Shown in pieces: positions 16,108 through 54,118 of a stretch of 64,000 nucleotides of DNA (positions within the stretch are counted from its first letter, which is position 1; each line of letters opens with the position of its first letter). Under the pieces are notes generated by a model. That model did no database searches and was not told where the DNA came from. It saw only the letters and a list, made by a program, of their open reading frames with translations. Where the stretch lies: positions 23,994,001-24,058,000 of the forward strand of contig CM022671.1 of NCBI GenBank assembly GCA_012295275.1, given 5' to 3'. The DNA comes from Chrysomallon squamiferum. Taxonomy: Eukaryota; Animalia; Mollusca. A program made the position numbers and the translations under genes.

Positions 16108-16527
16108 AAATATATATATATATAATCTAACCACTTTCTTTCTAATCGATAATAAATGTAACATGTTGAGTATAACACAAGGCAGTTGTTAGTGGGATAA
16201 AAACGATCTCTCATTGAGAAGGTAATTAATACTCGATTTAAACTTTTACTTTTCTAATTAATAAGTCACAGTCTAGTAATGAATAATTAGTAATGGCCAA
16301 TCTGAAGTGAATTTTAAATATTTAAAATTTGACTGAATAAGTGCTAAACGATCAGCCAACAGTGTTTGTGAATTAAATAAGGGCAACAGAGCAAACAACT
16401 GATTTTAAGATATGTTATGGTAGTCTGTGAAAGAGTAAATGACATCGTATTTTTCTTATTGTCAAAAGTCTGAAAGAGGTATGTCAAAAAGAGAGAGGCC
16501 ATAAAGAGATTTGTTGATTTCGTGCCG

Positions 16528-16570
<43 letters not shown>

Positions 16571-17036
16571 GTAAATAAATAAATAATTATTGCTACTTTT
16601 GTTTCTATTATTATTATCACTAAGCACATAAGCATGCACCTAATAGTAAGAAAATAAATAGTCAAGAAAATACGCCCGAAGAGAAATCTTTATTTATCAT
16701 GCGTTTAATGATTAATGACACTTTCAAGGATGTTAAGCGGTCAAAATAGAAGTATTAGACTGAATAGCGCTTTTTTTTTTTTTTTTTTTTTAAATCAAAA
16801 TAGCCGTGGATAGGAAAAAAAAAAAGATTTTTTTTTTCTCTCAAGTGCGGATGTCATCCTTGGATGCTAATCTAGGATTTATGGGAAAAATGGGCTCTCT
16901 AGCATGGCAGTAAAAATCTTTCACGAGCCAAAGATGGGAATTTGTTCTTAAGGATGAAATCCGAGGATCAGAAATAACTAATTAATTTAATTCTTCTTTC
17001 ATTCTTATCCTCTCACATAATAACAATAACAATAAC

Positions 17037-17096
<60 letters not shown>

Positions 17097-17513
17097 CATA
17101 ATAATAATAGTAATAATAATAATAATAATAAATTTGTATATGTTTTTATTTTATTTTTTTCACTTGTAGCAAGAGAACAGCACCATTCAAGTTCTTTCAC
17201 CGCCGTATCTCCCGAAGACGTAACGAGGCGGTCCACGTGCCCGTACATGGTGATCCTCACCCGCGACCCAGATCGAATACCCGCCCTGATCAGGGAAGTC
17301 AAATGTCTGTGTCACCACTGTCAGCTTTCAAGCAGGCGATCAGTTCACTCGTGTCGACCTGTGACGTATTACAAGCGGGTTTGGAGGCGAATGTGTCGAC
17401 CCAGTCTACGCTCGTATCAGTTCACTCGTGCGATCGAACCCGTCACTGTTGGATGCGTTTGCACGAAGGAAACAATAGAACCATTTCATCCGCAGCGACA
17501 TTCCAGATATTAA
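14586..17513 (+). CDS. IL17: Interleukin-17 family cytokine B (206 aa)
   Basis: Exons 14586-14609 (MSGSALVQ), 15079-15331, 17170-17513; 621 nt, open. Signal peptide ILLVAVFTTQF. Core RRSTCPYMVILTRDPDRIPALIREVKCLCHHC...SCRPVTYYKRVWRRMC...EPVTVGCVC. Confidence 0.9.
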
Positions 17514-17672
17514 AACACGGCGTTGGATTTTCTGATATGATAAAGTGACTTGATTCCTGATCTAACCTCATACACACATGCGTGTTTCTGTGCATCCTTT
17601 GTGCAATTTTTTTAGGGAAAGAACAGTTTAGTTAAAAGAATAACTGTTTTGTTTTTTAAATAGTTAAAGCTG

Positions 17673-17675
<3 letters not shown>

Positions 17676-17755
<80 letters not shown>
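17676..17755. repeat. (CT)n microsatellite 3' of IL-17 B
   Basis: About 80 bp of perfect CT repeat. A similar tract lies at 9646-9720. Confidence 0.95.
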
Positions 17756-17758
<3 letters not shown>

Positions 17759-18576
17759 ATATAATACAATGTTACAGCATGAAATTAGCACATGCGTGAC
17801 TGCAAGTCAGTAGCTTCCGTGAAGCGAAAGTGAAATCCTTTACTGGAATATTAATATGAAAATTGGTATTTTAAAAGTAGTCATATTGATGACATTATAT
17901 CATGTATTATTAACAATAAACTTATAATTAAAGTAATAATCTGAATTTCAATGATTATTTTAATTTTGATATGTGCTAATTTCAGTATCTACTTCTACTA
18001 CTACTTCTGCTTATAGTACTTCTACTGCTGTTACTACTACTACTATTACTACTACTACTAGTACTACTACCACTACTATTACTACTTCAAATATTATTAT
18101 TATTATTGTTGCTTTTTATAAATATTACTAAGCATATGTGCATGCATTTTTTAAATCTATTTTTTATAATTCTCTGTGTTTTGCTTACTTTTATATCACC
18201 TATTGACAGTTACATACATCCATAATTATGAGTAGCTTGACTTTAAATATATGAGCTTAACAAATCATCAGTTTTAAAAATAAATTCTGTTGTGTTTATA
18301 ATTTTAAAATTATCATAAACAAATCCTTTGCATTTTGAATTATTCATAATTTATGAACAAATATTCGTATATATGTTTACAGTAATTCAGTAATTAAAAA
18401 ATGTATATTAAACAAATTGTTGTTTTTAAAATATCATACAGACACGATGTTATATATATATATATGATTTAATTATGAAACTGGAAAATAAAATATACAT
18501 TCTGCATATCGTCTTGTTAAAGTAATTATTACTGACTATAAAAGATATTTGATTCAGGCTTCATATTTTAAACCTT

Positions 18577-18641
<65 letters not shown>

Positions 18642-20357
18642 AATAAAGAAAAAAAAAGAAATAAAATAATTCATTATTTTTGCTTTTATATCGTGCAATA
18701 CAAAATAAAACTGTATTGTATTTATTATTGTTCATTGCTTTTTAGGATGGTCACAAACATATAACTAGAACCAAACCATATACAAATATGTGTGTATGTG
18801 TGCGTGTACGTGTGTGGGCGCGTGTGTCTGTGTTTGTGTGAGTATATATATATATATATATATGATACAGAACATTTTTATTTATTTTTCATCACTAACA
18901 TCTGGTAGTAATAAAGTTTCGCAATAATATAAGAAATAAAATTACTAAGATTTGCGAGATATCACATCGTTACAAAAATGAATGGACAAAAAAAAAAAAA
19001 AAAAAAAAAAATAAATTAAAAATAAAATAAAATAAAATAAAATAAAATAAAATAAAATAAATATACAAAAGTAATAGTAACAAATTATTTTAATAAAATA
19101 ATAATAAAAATTTGAAAATACAAAATCATAATTAAATCATAATCACCAGCACGTTTTTTTTTTTTTGAAAATTAATAAATAGTTTTAAAAAACCCCAAAA
19201 CAAGCACATAAACAAGTTGTGTGTGTGTGCGTGTGCGTATGTGCGTGATATTTTTTTAAAGACAAAAGTCGTAAAAAAAAAAAAATAACAATAAAACAAT
19301 ATCTTTTCATATAATAACAAGTCGACTTTAATACAAACTTTGTGATGTGCAGGGTATCCCATACCAAAAACGGGAATATAATAATAACAGCAACAACAAC
19401 AACAACAACAACAAGGGCAACGACAACAACAACAACAACAACAATAATAATAATAATAATAATAAAAAATGATTCGAATGGTAATGTAGCAAAACGAAAA
19501 CAAAATCAAAGAATTAAAATTTTCCTGACTGTCTTTCAGACTCAAGCTGTTGAAACGTAATGAAATAAAGAAGTTGAGAAAAACAACAAACATTTGAAAT
19601 CTATTAAAAATAAAAAAATAAATTAAAAAATTAAAATAAAGTTATGACATATAGATAAAACATACACACATACACTCACATGCACGCTCGCATGTGCATA
19701 CACATACACTTACACAATGACACACAGACAAACATACACTCGTGGAGGCACACATGCGTCTCACAGAAACACACAAATGTGTCTGAACGTACTAACACAA
19801 CACTGACAGGTCCCTTCACTAATCAGGAAGTGTCTTATTATTAGTTATCACAAAGCGAACTGATTCAATATATTTTACACAGATAAAGATATTCCGTTAT
19901 ACGTCGATCCGGAACTTTGTTTATAGTTTAAAGTATCGTGTTGAAAAAAAATCTTCCTGAATGGCCGTTCCTCGTTTAAGAATAGAAAGGTAAAAATGTT
20001 TTTATCCGATCGTATTTATTCTATTCAGTAGGCAAAAAGGAAATCAGATTATCTCAGACATGAATAGATGTCTAGGAAAATATTTAGTTTTACAGGATTG
20101 TGACTGGATGAACGGATTATAACGGTACAAAATTATGCATTTAATCGATACAGTGTCCACGTGATCTCATTCCTGAATCCGATTGGTTACATTTTTGGAA
20201 AGGAAATTTATAACTCTTAATAATGCCAGATAAAAAAATGTTTCTGTTTATTGGTTAAATAATGACACAGATTTACTAAAAATAATATTCAGTTTTCTTA
20301 TAAATACGATATCCAGATCATGAACAACAGTTACTGTTTTAGACTTGAGATTAAATC

Positions 20358-20426
20358 ATGGAGACTTGGAAGGTGCTGTTATTTTTACTTGTAAGTTTCT
20401 GTTTTAAATTTCGTTATTTGTTTACA

Positions 20427-20474
<48 letters not shown>

Positions 20475-20720
20475 TGTAAGCATGCGCGGTTGTTTGTATT
20501 TATCTATATATCCATATAACTATAGCTCTATCTATATCTATCTCTATCTATCTATCTATCTTTGTATCTGTATCTCGATCTATACCTATCTATCTGTCTA
20601 TTTATCGATCTGTCGATCTATCTATCTATCTATCAATCTATCTATCTATCTATCTCTCTATATATATTTAATGCAAGCATATATTAATAAGGCTATAGTT
20701 ATGGATGCTTAAATTTATCG

Positions 20721-20754
<34 letters not shown>

Positions 20755-21254
20755 GGTTCCAGCTGGAGATTACCAAGATTCCTACGATCGAATCGAAAGT
20801 TAAACTCTGCTCCAGATCACTGGACGATCAGCTGGTAGACGAGTCTATGTTTTCTGTCGATTCCATTCGCCGCACTTTTCAAGCCGTGCACGGCGAAGAA
20901 TTCAAGAATCGCGGTTTGAACATGTACTTCACAGGGCAGCGGAAGTGTCCCAAGTCCGGTTTTAAGCGCTTGTCTCAACCGCTGCTGTGTCCCTCGTATG
21001 CCGTTTGGAACTACGATCCGGACAGGATCCCGACGCTGGTGACGGAGATGAAATGCTCTTGCCAGAAGTGTTTATCGGCGACCGAACAGAACTACATTCA
21101 TTCCTGCCAGCCTGTGCGGTATTACAGATACGTTCTGAGGAAAGACCCGAATGAATCGTGTTATCGCAGAACGGTGGAGGCTTTTTCCGTGGGCTGCCAG
21201 TGTTTGGGACACGTGCTGGTGCCTTTTAAGAAGACCCAAAAAGTTCGTTCGTAA
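20358..21254 (+). CDS. IL17: Interleukin-17 family cytokine C (174 aa)
   Basis: Exons 20358-20390 (METWKVLLFLL|GTAAGT) and 20763-21254; 525 nt, open. Probable upstream exon ends at 19989. Core LLCPSYAVWNYDPDRIPTLVTEMKCSCQKC...SCQPVRYYRYVLRK...EAFSVGCQC. Confidence 0.92.
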
Positions 21255-21517
21255 TATTATTTTGGAATCACTTCAGAACTGGGATCATTAGTGCAAATAT
21301 ATAAATTAACAGTGATAAAACAAAGCGAATGAAAAGAGAGAAATATTTTTAAATGAACAGTGATAAATTACGTCGATAACTTTAATTGCTGTTATTCAAA
21401 AATTAATGTTTATAAAAGTTATCTCGGATAATGTAAATATTGTCTGATTAATATTCGCGAATCTGCAAGTATATGTTTGAATGTAGTGTAATAATATGCT
21501 GTTAATAATATGCTGTT

Positions 21518-21700
21518 CTATACTATACTGTACTATACTATTATTTACTATACTGTACTATACTATACTGTACTGTACTGTAGTGTTCTGTAGTGTACTG
21601 TACTGTACTGTACTTTACTGTACTGTACTATACTATACTATTACAATACTATTCTATACTATACTCTACTATACTATGCTAGGCTATGGTATCCTATACT
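21518..21700. repeat. (TACTR)n pentanucleotide repeat
   Basis: Degenerate TACTA/TACTG units downstream of IL-17 C. Confidence 0.9.
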
Positions 21701-23669
21701 ATAATATAAAACAAAACGATACGACTTAATACCACATTACATGATGCAGTGTAAGAATAATAATAACTGTAATAAGAATAACAGTAAGAACAATAATAGA
21801 GATACTAAGAATTTTACTATGATTACTATTACAGTTTTGAAAAATGCGTGTTTCGGTTTACACATTTGAGCATTTTACGTTACAATCACACTTTAGAAAA
21901 TGTGTTGTCTTATCATTTGACGTTACATTTTAAACGTTAAATTCTAATCATTACATTCAAATCAGTATAATTTTGCAAGTGCAAACATAAATCGGTATGT
22001 GAGATTCACAGCTATATTTGAATGTATGTGCTCATGTACATATCATAGTGTATTTCGTTTTGAAAATATATATTTTTTTTTTGTAAAATATTATACAGGT
22101 GTATTGACTGGTGTATGTAAATAGTAACAATTATTACATAATAGGCTTTCTTTTTGCTACTGCATAAAACTTGATTTCATATGATTATGTTAATTTTGTT
22201 GTTATCAAAGAACTGGTAAGATAGGATATTGGTGCTTATATTCATTTAAAAATTAAAAACAAAAAAAAAAAAAAAAACTATAGTTAATAAAATATCAAAT
22301 ATCAGTTATCTAGAATATATTTATTTTCATGACATAAAGAATGCTATTTCAATGTAAGCATTTATTTTTATTGTTAATAATGTTCATAAGGTAGAATTCA
22401 TACAGTCATATACATATATATTCATGAACATAAGTATGTATGGTCATTTATTGTTATTAAAGCATAGAAGATCGAATACATATATTATATACATTTTATT
22501 ATTAATTAAAAATATATGTTTCCCTTATTTCTAATCATATGATACAATGTGTTATGCTTGTTATTAATTTCATTTTATTGTGCTTATATGTAACTGAATG
22601 GCAAATTATCATTTTATTTTCTGGTGCTGATTCACATAAAAACCACATCTGCTGTAGTGAGTATTTATATATCTATGAATAGTTTATATATTAGCTTCAG
22701 CATTATAGCATAATTATTGAAAAATAAAAGTCATGTTTATTGCAGATTTTGTTTTCTTTTAATGTCGATAGCGTGAAAAAAAAGAATCAACATGTAATTT
22801 GACTTTTGTCCTTTTAGGTCAATCGACAGAGATGTTTGAATTGTTCAATATCACCAATTTTACCTAAATGTACAATTTAAATTAAAGTCCATGCGTAAAA
22901 ACATGTTTAAAGAGTTCTCGATAAAATAAACAATTTTTTTTTTTTTTTTTTTTTAACAATTTTTAATTTCAAAAGGCTTAAACTTTTCAGTTCCGTTCTT
23001 CTTAAAGTACTTGTTCAGACACTTTCATATAAATCTGGTAAATATGGAATTTTATGGTGTTTCAAAACAGTGAATATTATGCATATACACAAAACTTAAT
23101 CAAACTTTGAGTTTCCATCAAATCAAACATGTTTAATTTCTTTCTTTTTTTTTTTTTTTCACAAAGATAATATATGGTTTATACAAAATATGAAACGACA
23201 CAAATCAACTTTTAAACTTCAAGTGATAACAATATTTAATAATAAACGAAAAATGGGAAATAACTCTAGCAACTCTAGCAATAATATGAACTTTCAAAAA
23301 ATGTATTTATTTATTTTTAAAGAGAAAACAGAAATATAGAACCACGGCATAGTATTATTTGTGCAAAATTTAATAAATAGTTGCCAATATATACCAGTGA
23401 ACAAAACTATCATTGACAGAACGACTCTTATTAGTTGTGTCAAAAAAACAAATTGCGTACGTTATCAGTTCTCTTGCCTTCTCATTATCGATAGCTATTA
23501 TCTGTTTTAATAATAATAATAAAAACCCATGTTAATAAATATTATATTGTATCAGTGGATTTGCGTTATTTGTTTAATAATAGTAATTAAAAAAATAATG
23601 CTCAAGAATAGATAATCCGACCATGAAATGTACTATACCTGTTTCTATAAATCATAAGTATATGTGTGT

Positions 23670-23707
<38 letters not shown>

Positions 23708-24229
23708 AAATTCCTCACATTACACACTTAGTACTTAACTCCAGTGTCAGAAAGATGCCTGTAAAGTTATACCAGTAATTGCTGCAGTAAATCAAGCAGT
23801 GATATCTCCTGTATTAACTCGTCTCATAGCAGCCAATATAACTTACATAACACACACGTTGTGGCGTGTTTGCGAAATATAAGACTTGTAAGAGAAACTG
23901 GGTACGCGTTATACCTTTTCAAGTAGCCCAATAAAGTGGTTTGTCAGATATCAGACATGTAAATAATGTGTGGTACCTTGTCTCTGGGGTGTAATTCTGG
24001 TCATATTAGAATGTTTTCGTGACTAGATGTTAATGAGCCGATGTCCGCGTTTGAATCTGGCTCGTGATTACGTAAAGCAAGTTGCATTGTTTAGTTTTAT
24101 AAATATTAAAGGAAATTAAATAGATTAAAAACGAATAACTACTACTACTACTACTAATATTAGTAGTTGTAGTAGTAGTAATAATAATAGTAGTAATAAT
24201 CATAATGCATATAATAGTAATAGTAATAA

Positions 24230-24276
<47 letters not shown>

Positions 24277-24501
24277 AATAAAATGAAATAAAATAAAATA
24301 AAACTAAAGAAAATTAAAAAATTAAAGAAAAAAATATTAAAAATATATAAATAAAATAAACAAACTATGCAAAATTCCAGTAATAAACTATATTGTGAAT
24401 ATTTGAAATATCTGAATATTATCTGAGAAATGATCACCATCATTTCATGCACAACTAATTCCAGTTATTAAAAGAATACCTTTGAGACAAGACAGCGTAT
24501 T

Positions 24502-24645
24502 CACACGAACAGGAAAGTATATGCCATGGTCTTTAATTGCGAGCACTGGAAGGAACGGGAAAAAATTATATGGCGCCTGAAGGACAATTGATCCTGTCAC
24601 CTGTCAGTGAAGTGAACACTCTGTGCACTGAACTATATTCCGGTT
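24502..24645 (-). mobile_element. Degenerate tRNA-derived SINE (head plus conserved core)
   Basis: Minus strand: A-box-like TAGTTCAGTG, B-box-like GGATCAAT, then ttcccgttccttccagtgctc..aaagaccatggcatatactttcctg, resembling (from memory) the core of gastropod SINEs, ttctcgttccagccagtgc..aaaggccgtggtatgtactatcctg. Confidence 0.6.
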
Positions 24646-24817
24646 CTTGTTACGTTTTATAACTTTTTCCACAAATTCATTTTTGTAACGTTACTCTGAC
24701 GATTTTACAGTTTTTTAGACAGTAGTGAATTTTTAAAATTACATTTCATTGCAATGAGCTTGTCAACAATATAAGAATTTACAATTCGTATGAACTAAAT
24801 TTCTATCTTCGATATTA

Positions 24818-24821
<4 letters not shown>

Positions 24822-24895
<74 letters not shown>
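24822..24895. repeat. (CA)n microsatellite
   Basis: About 74 bp of perfect CA repeat. Confidence 0.95.
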
Positions 24896-24896
<1 letters not shown>

Positions 24897-25482
24897 CATA
24901 TATACATACATATATACACCCAATCTTTGTTAATAATAAAGAATGATAATACAATTCATGTTTTGCTTTATATTTGTAATTGTTAATAAATTATGGCAGA
25001 AAGAAATGAAATTACAACTTGGAAATATATTTAGGTATAAAAATAAAACATGAAAATAAGAATGTATTAAAATTTATCTAGGGGCAGCCGCATAATATTT
25101 CAAAGTACAAAACCAACAAAAATACATAAGAACGTGATGATCAACATCTCTTTATGACAAATGTCGTTTATCACAAGCTCTGGAAGTCTTGTCGGTACAC
25201 GTTTCAAAAATTCACTACAAATACAGTGGAAATGATAATACAAAACAATATCTGTTTTAAACACTACATTTAGGACTTTTCTGTGGAAGAAGTAAATAAA
25301 AAAAAAAAAAAAAAATTTTAAAAAGAAAATGAAAAAGAAGACGACTATGGTGCGGACTCGGGGTAATCAGTAACGTATACAACAACAACGAAGAATACGT
25401 CTAGGTCGTGTTACTGCTGCAAACAGCCGGACTATAAGAAATGAGGTGTAGTTAATCACACTGAAAACGATCTTCTCCTTAC

Positions 25483-25657
25483 CAGTGTATTGACTTCATA
25501 CAAAGATGTCATCTTGTATTATCTGGCAGTGGTGTATATAATCGCAGCCAGTGCTTTTCGGTGCTTTTGCCGTTGTTCTCGGTGTTTAGCAAGAGTCGTT
25601 CGGGGTCACGTAAAGTTGTCATTTGATTTATATAAAGATTAGGCTCAAAGATTTCCC
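25483..25657 (-). other. Orphan promoter plus short first coding exon (MTSLYEVNTL|GTAAGG)
   Basis: Minus strand: GGGAAATCTT (25657-25648), TATATAAA (~25634), CpG-rich leader, ATG at 25512, 10 codons, phase-0 donor at 25482. No convincing downstream exon found. Confidence 0.35.
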
Positions 25658-27376
25658 AGGTCGACGTTGGATAAAGACTTTTATTGTTGTCCTTAATTCG
25701 CCTGTTATGCAATATAAAATTAATATTGTTGATGCGCGTTTTATTGGGGTGGAAATAACTAATAAAAGTTTTCTACGTTCAAAAACGTGTATTGCGACTG
25801 AACAATATCATCTTTCCAAAATGTGTCTTTTTTTTTTTTTTCTTTTTTTGGTTATCCTTTTTCTTTTAAAATTAAATCTTTATACAGTTTAGTATAGTTA
25901 TATCTTTCTAAATATCATTTTCAGTGTTAACAAATATAATATTTGATTTTATCATTATGATAGTTTATACTTTTAAACAGAAAATGTATAAAAATCAGGT
26001 TTTATAACAATGCATATGTAGATGTATTATTATAATATGATATATTTTAATAAAATAATAACATACAACACACACACACACACACACATATAGCTGATGT
26101 AATTGCAAAGTAATCGGTATTTTACACAGAGGTGATAATTAAGCTATAAATTATTCTTCTTCTTATTATTATTAGTATACTAGCCTGTTCGAAAACATGG
26201 GAGATAGATGTTTCCAAAACACTAATTTCAGTTAGTATAATTAAGAATCCATAATGAAAATTTCAAATTATTGTGCACCGAACAGATTTAGCCTATATAT
26301 CTGTATACTTCGAGGATCTGAAAAACTAAAACAATTCAACAAAGAATAACATTTTATTAGCAGTCTTAAGTTTTTAAAAAGAATATTGTTAAAACAAACA
26401 ACAGACAACATATCCGGAAAAGCGGTAGCAATAACTGTGACAACAATAACACCAGTGGTAATAGTAGTAGTAGAATTGTAGAAGCAGCAGCAGCAGTAAT
26501 AATAGTAGTAGTAGTCATAGTAATAATAATACTACAATATAAACAAAAACGAAAGACGAGAGGGGAGGAAAACGGACAACGGACAAGCAAGAGATAGACA
26601 ACAACAAGACAAGCGAGAGATAGACAACAACAATAACAACAACAACAAATGAAGTAGAAATTTTAAAATTTATTTCTATTTAAGAAATCATCGTTTCATG
26701 ACAGTATGAATTTTTTTTTTTTTTTTCACATTTCGTTGTCCCCAGACCCCCATCCCCTCGACAAAGCGAACTGGAACCCTTCTCGTTTACCACCGTAACA
26801 TCTCATTACCTGAAACAGCCAGTAACCCCGCGCTTCCTCCCAGCCAGCCAGACGCTTTCCCGTTTGTCTGTTAAACGACCTTGCGTTAGATATATTTACT
26901 GGTTAATTCCCCTTTGCAGGGCCGGCGTTATTAATGAGCAATTTATGCGTGCTTACGGTTCTGCATAGGAAATGGGTTATTAGTCGAAAGCGGGACAGCC
27001 GCTACTACTCAATTTGACCCAATATCCTGCACTCAACACGAAGTCGACACTTCCAGCGCGACGAACAGAGAGAGAGGAGAGAGAGAGGAGAGAGGAGAGA
27101 GACCTACTTACGTCCACCGGACTGGCTGGGTAACAATACCACCACTACGCTCACCGAAAAGTTAGTGCAGTTTGTTTCGTAGGGCTGAAGCAAAACGGCC
27201 GCTTGTTGCAGTGATGTGGGATTCGGTGTAAACGGCGCGCAAGGCATCTGGAGGAAATAAAATAACACATACAAAAAAAAAAAAAAAAAACAATGTACAA
27301 GGAGAAAACTTTTAGAAAAGGATAATTTGTTTGTTTTTTTCATCTGTGTATTGTAAAAGGTGGAGGGAAAAAAAAA

Positions 27377-51403
<24,027 letters not shown>

Positions 51404-53297
51404 ACCAGGGGGACGAACAGCAAGCATATTCATCCGAGTTTGACAACGGAATCAATTTTGCAGTGCAGTCTTCTGTCGGGAAATCGGCATCCATTTCGAT
51501 TTTTAAACCAACGCGTTTTGTATTTACACTATCAGTTTACGTTTCTTTACATATAGGAATCATCCTGCATTTGACATAATTAACACTAAAGTTTTTGTGT
51601 TTTGTGTTCTCTTCATGGTACTAATAACCGTGCCGTTTGATTACTAGTTATTGTCGATATTTCCAAAGACAATGTTATAAAACAGCAAAAATCTGCCATT
51701 GTTTTGAATCAGAAAGTAATTTCTGTATACTGCACTTTTGCTTTTTAAAAATTTATTTCGTTTCGTGATAAATTTAAAAAAAGCTTAGGAAGATAGAAAA
51801 GAGATTATGGCGGATGTAATTTCCAGGGTGATAACAGTTTGGTTGGAAAGAAAAAAAAAAAAACATGTCTTATGACAAAACAAAGTAGGGTGGCCTAGCT
51901 GGTGCGATCCCCTCCCTTAGAATAGTATTTAAAGTCTATCAGGTCAGTTTAGTAAGAGTTCAGATAACACCAATTGTACAACATACAAAAGGAATGTTTA
52001 ATGCAGATTTAGGCTTTTGTTAAACTTGTTTAAATTTAGTAGCATGTGTTAATGTATCATCCATATGACGTCGAATCTTCAAATATTTTATGTAGCAACA
52101 GGAAATCGTTTGGAATGCGAAAATCCAGCAGACAGAAAATTGTTTCAGTGAAAAAAAAAAAAAATTCCAGTAATTACATTGATATGTGTACTTCCAGTCC
52201 TGAACAAACAGCAACAAATGATATTAAAAATGTACATAATGTTTAAAGAAATGTCTTCATCATGCATAATCCATTAAAACAAGTATTAAAAGTAATAACA
52301 TTTATATATTACTTCTTTTTTTTAATGCATTTTATTATATGAACAGAATCAGAACGAATAAAAACATTTTAAAGAAAACATTAATATTTATAATTTTTTT
52401 CTCATTGTTTGTTCTTCTTATTTGGTTTTGAGTGCAGTTCATGTTCAGACATGTTCTTCCGAAATTATAACTGATAAATTTCAATAATTAGTAATAATAA
52501 ATAATATAATAATTTCTTGCTACCTATAGAATCCAAAAACATTTTAGAAAGGTGTCCGTTTGTTCTGAATTTATATAAACATTAGCTTGATGACCCACTA
52601 AAGATAAAAATAAAATTTAATCACCTTTAAAATAACTTCAACAAACATTATGTGCATTTCTGTTGTACATTCCAGATGCATCTTCAAGAATTACTTGTCT
52701 ATCTTTTGATAAAAAATAAAAACAAAAATTGTTATAATCTATTTCACGTCTGTATCTGTCTCTAAAATTCTTTCTTTCTTTAAAACGTGGTCAGTTATGA
52801 AGAGCAAATTATTATTTTTAAATACGACAGATCTCTTGACGTCGTGGATCAATAGTTCCCACCTGCTTTATCTGATTTTACACTTAACGTTTTCCCAGTT
52901 GATCCTAACAAAGAATGAAAGAAGAAGAAAAAAAAACAACAACAAAAACACAAACAAACACAAAACAACAACATAATTATTGTGTTATAATTAGGAATAA
53001 GGACCAAGTGTAAGTCACGTCATCACTAAGCCCTGAACTTGTTAAGAAGGAAAACAAATTTTATAAAAAGCTAACCGGCATTTCCGTTTTGTTCTAATTT
53101 CACATAAAATATCATTTGCAAGTTTCAAATGAACTTTCCCAATTATACACACAGTTTAATGAGCCACGATTCGATGGAAACCGGCACACGTAACTACGTT
53201 ACAAAATGAAACGGGACGGGGTGGGTCTCTATGTGTACTAGTCTAAGGGAAACAACTCTAAAACGCTATTTTCATATTTCGTAAATAGTTATTTGTT

Positions 53298-53343
53298 CCG
53301 CCAAAAATCGCGCGCTCTCTTTAAAAGCGTAACAAAGGAAGTG
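53298..53343 (+). promoter_or_regulatory. Housekeeping-type promoter motifs upstream of the membrane-protein gene
   Basis: CCGCCAAAA (reverse E2F site TTTTGGCGG, 53298-53306), TCGCGCGC and an ETS-like GGAAGTG within about 110 bp of the ATG at 53404. Confidence 0.4.
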
Positions 53344-53403
53344 TTATTTCTAGAGCTAGTTTTTTGTTTGTCAACAAGTACAGTTTAACCTAAATCATCG
53401 ATC

Positions 53404-54082
53404 ATGTTGAACATTTATGATTATATTCGCCTTTGCGTTTTTATAATAGCAACTGGCATTCTTGCTACGAGGAAAACTAAAACTTGGATTCTGGCTGATA
53501 TCCTTGTTTCATCGGGTTTTGGAATGTGGATGCTGTTGGGACGACCGTCTCCAGCTGGTTTGTTTTCAGAGAAGGTTTGTTGACGATTGCAATTTAAGTT
53601 TTAACAATTTTATCAGCTTTCTTTTTAAAATGTTTAATGCAAATTTTTTCTACTATAGCTTTGAGTAAATAGAATATAAACCATAATAAAGACACCAAAA
53701 CGTCGCGGGTATTGATAACAGATGTACAGTAGGTCCGAGAGTCCAGTCAGGGCAGTGACTCAGGGTCAGCTGACAAGGTCGCGGTGACTTAATTATAATG
53801 CACTGACTTCGGATCACTTTTTGTTATTTAATTATTATTATTAAAATAAATTATGGTGCACATTTTAATTTCTTTAATATTATTTTTTTTGAAATAAAAA
53901 GAAAAATTTCCCACCCACAAATATTGAAATAACCCCCCCAAAACAAGACACCCCCAAAAACCCCAAAACCAAAAAAAAAAACAACAACAACGAAACAAAC
54001 ACAATAAATAATAATAATAATAATAATAAAAACATCAATTTCTGAAATTATTTAGCAATATTTTTCCATAAAGATTAAAAAA

Positions 54083-54118
<36 letters not shown>

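Noticed and set aside
25509-25712. Minus ORF containing TLRDPERL, similar to IL-17 TRDPDRIP
   Set aside because: No cysteines and no other knot motif in frame; the same bases are better read as a promoter and leader.
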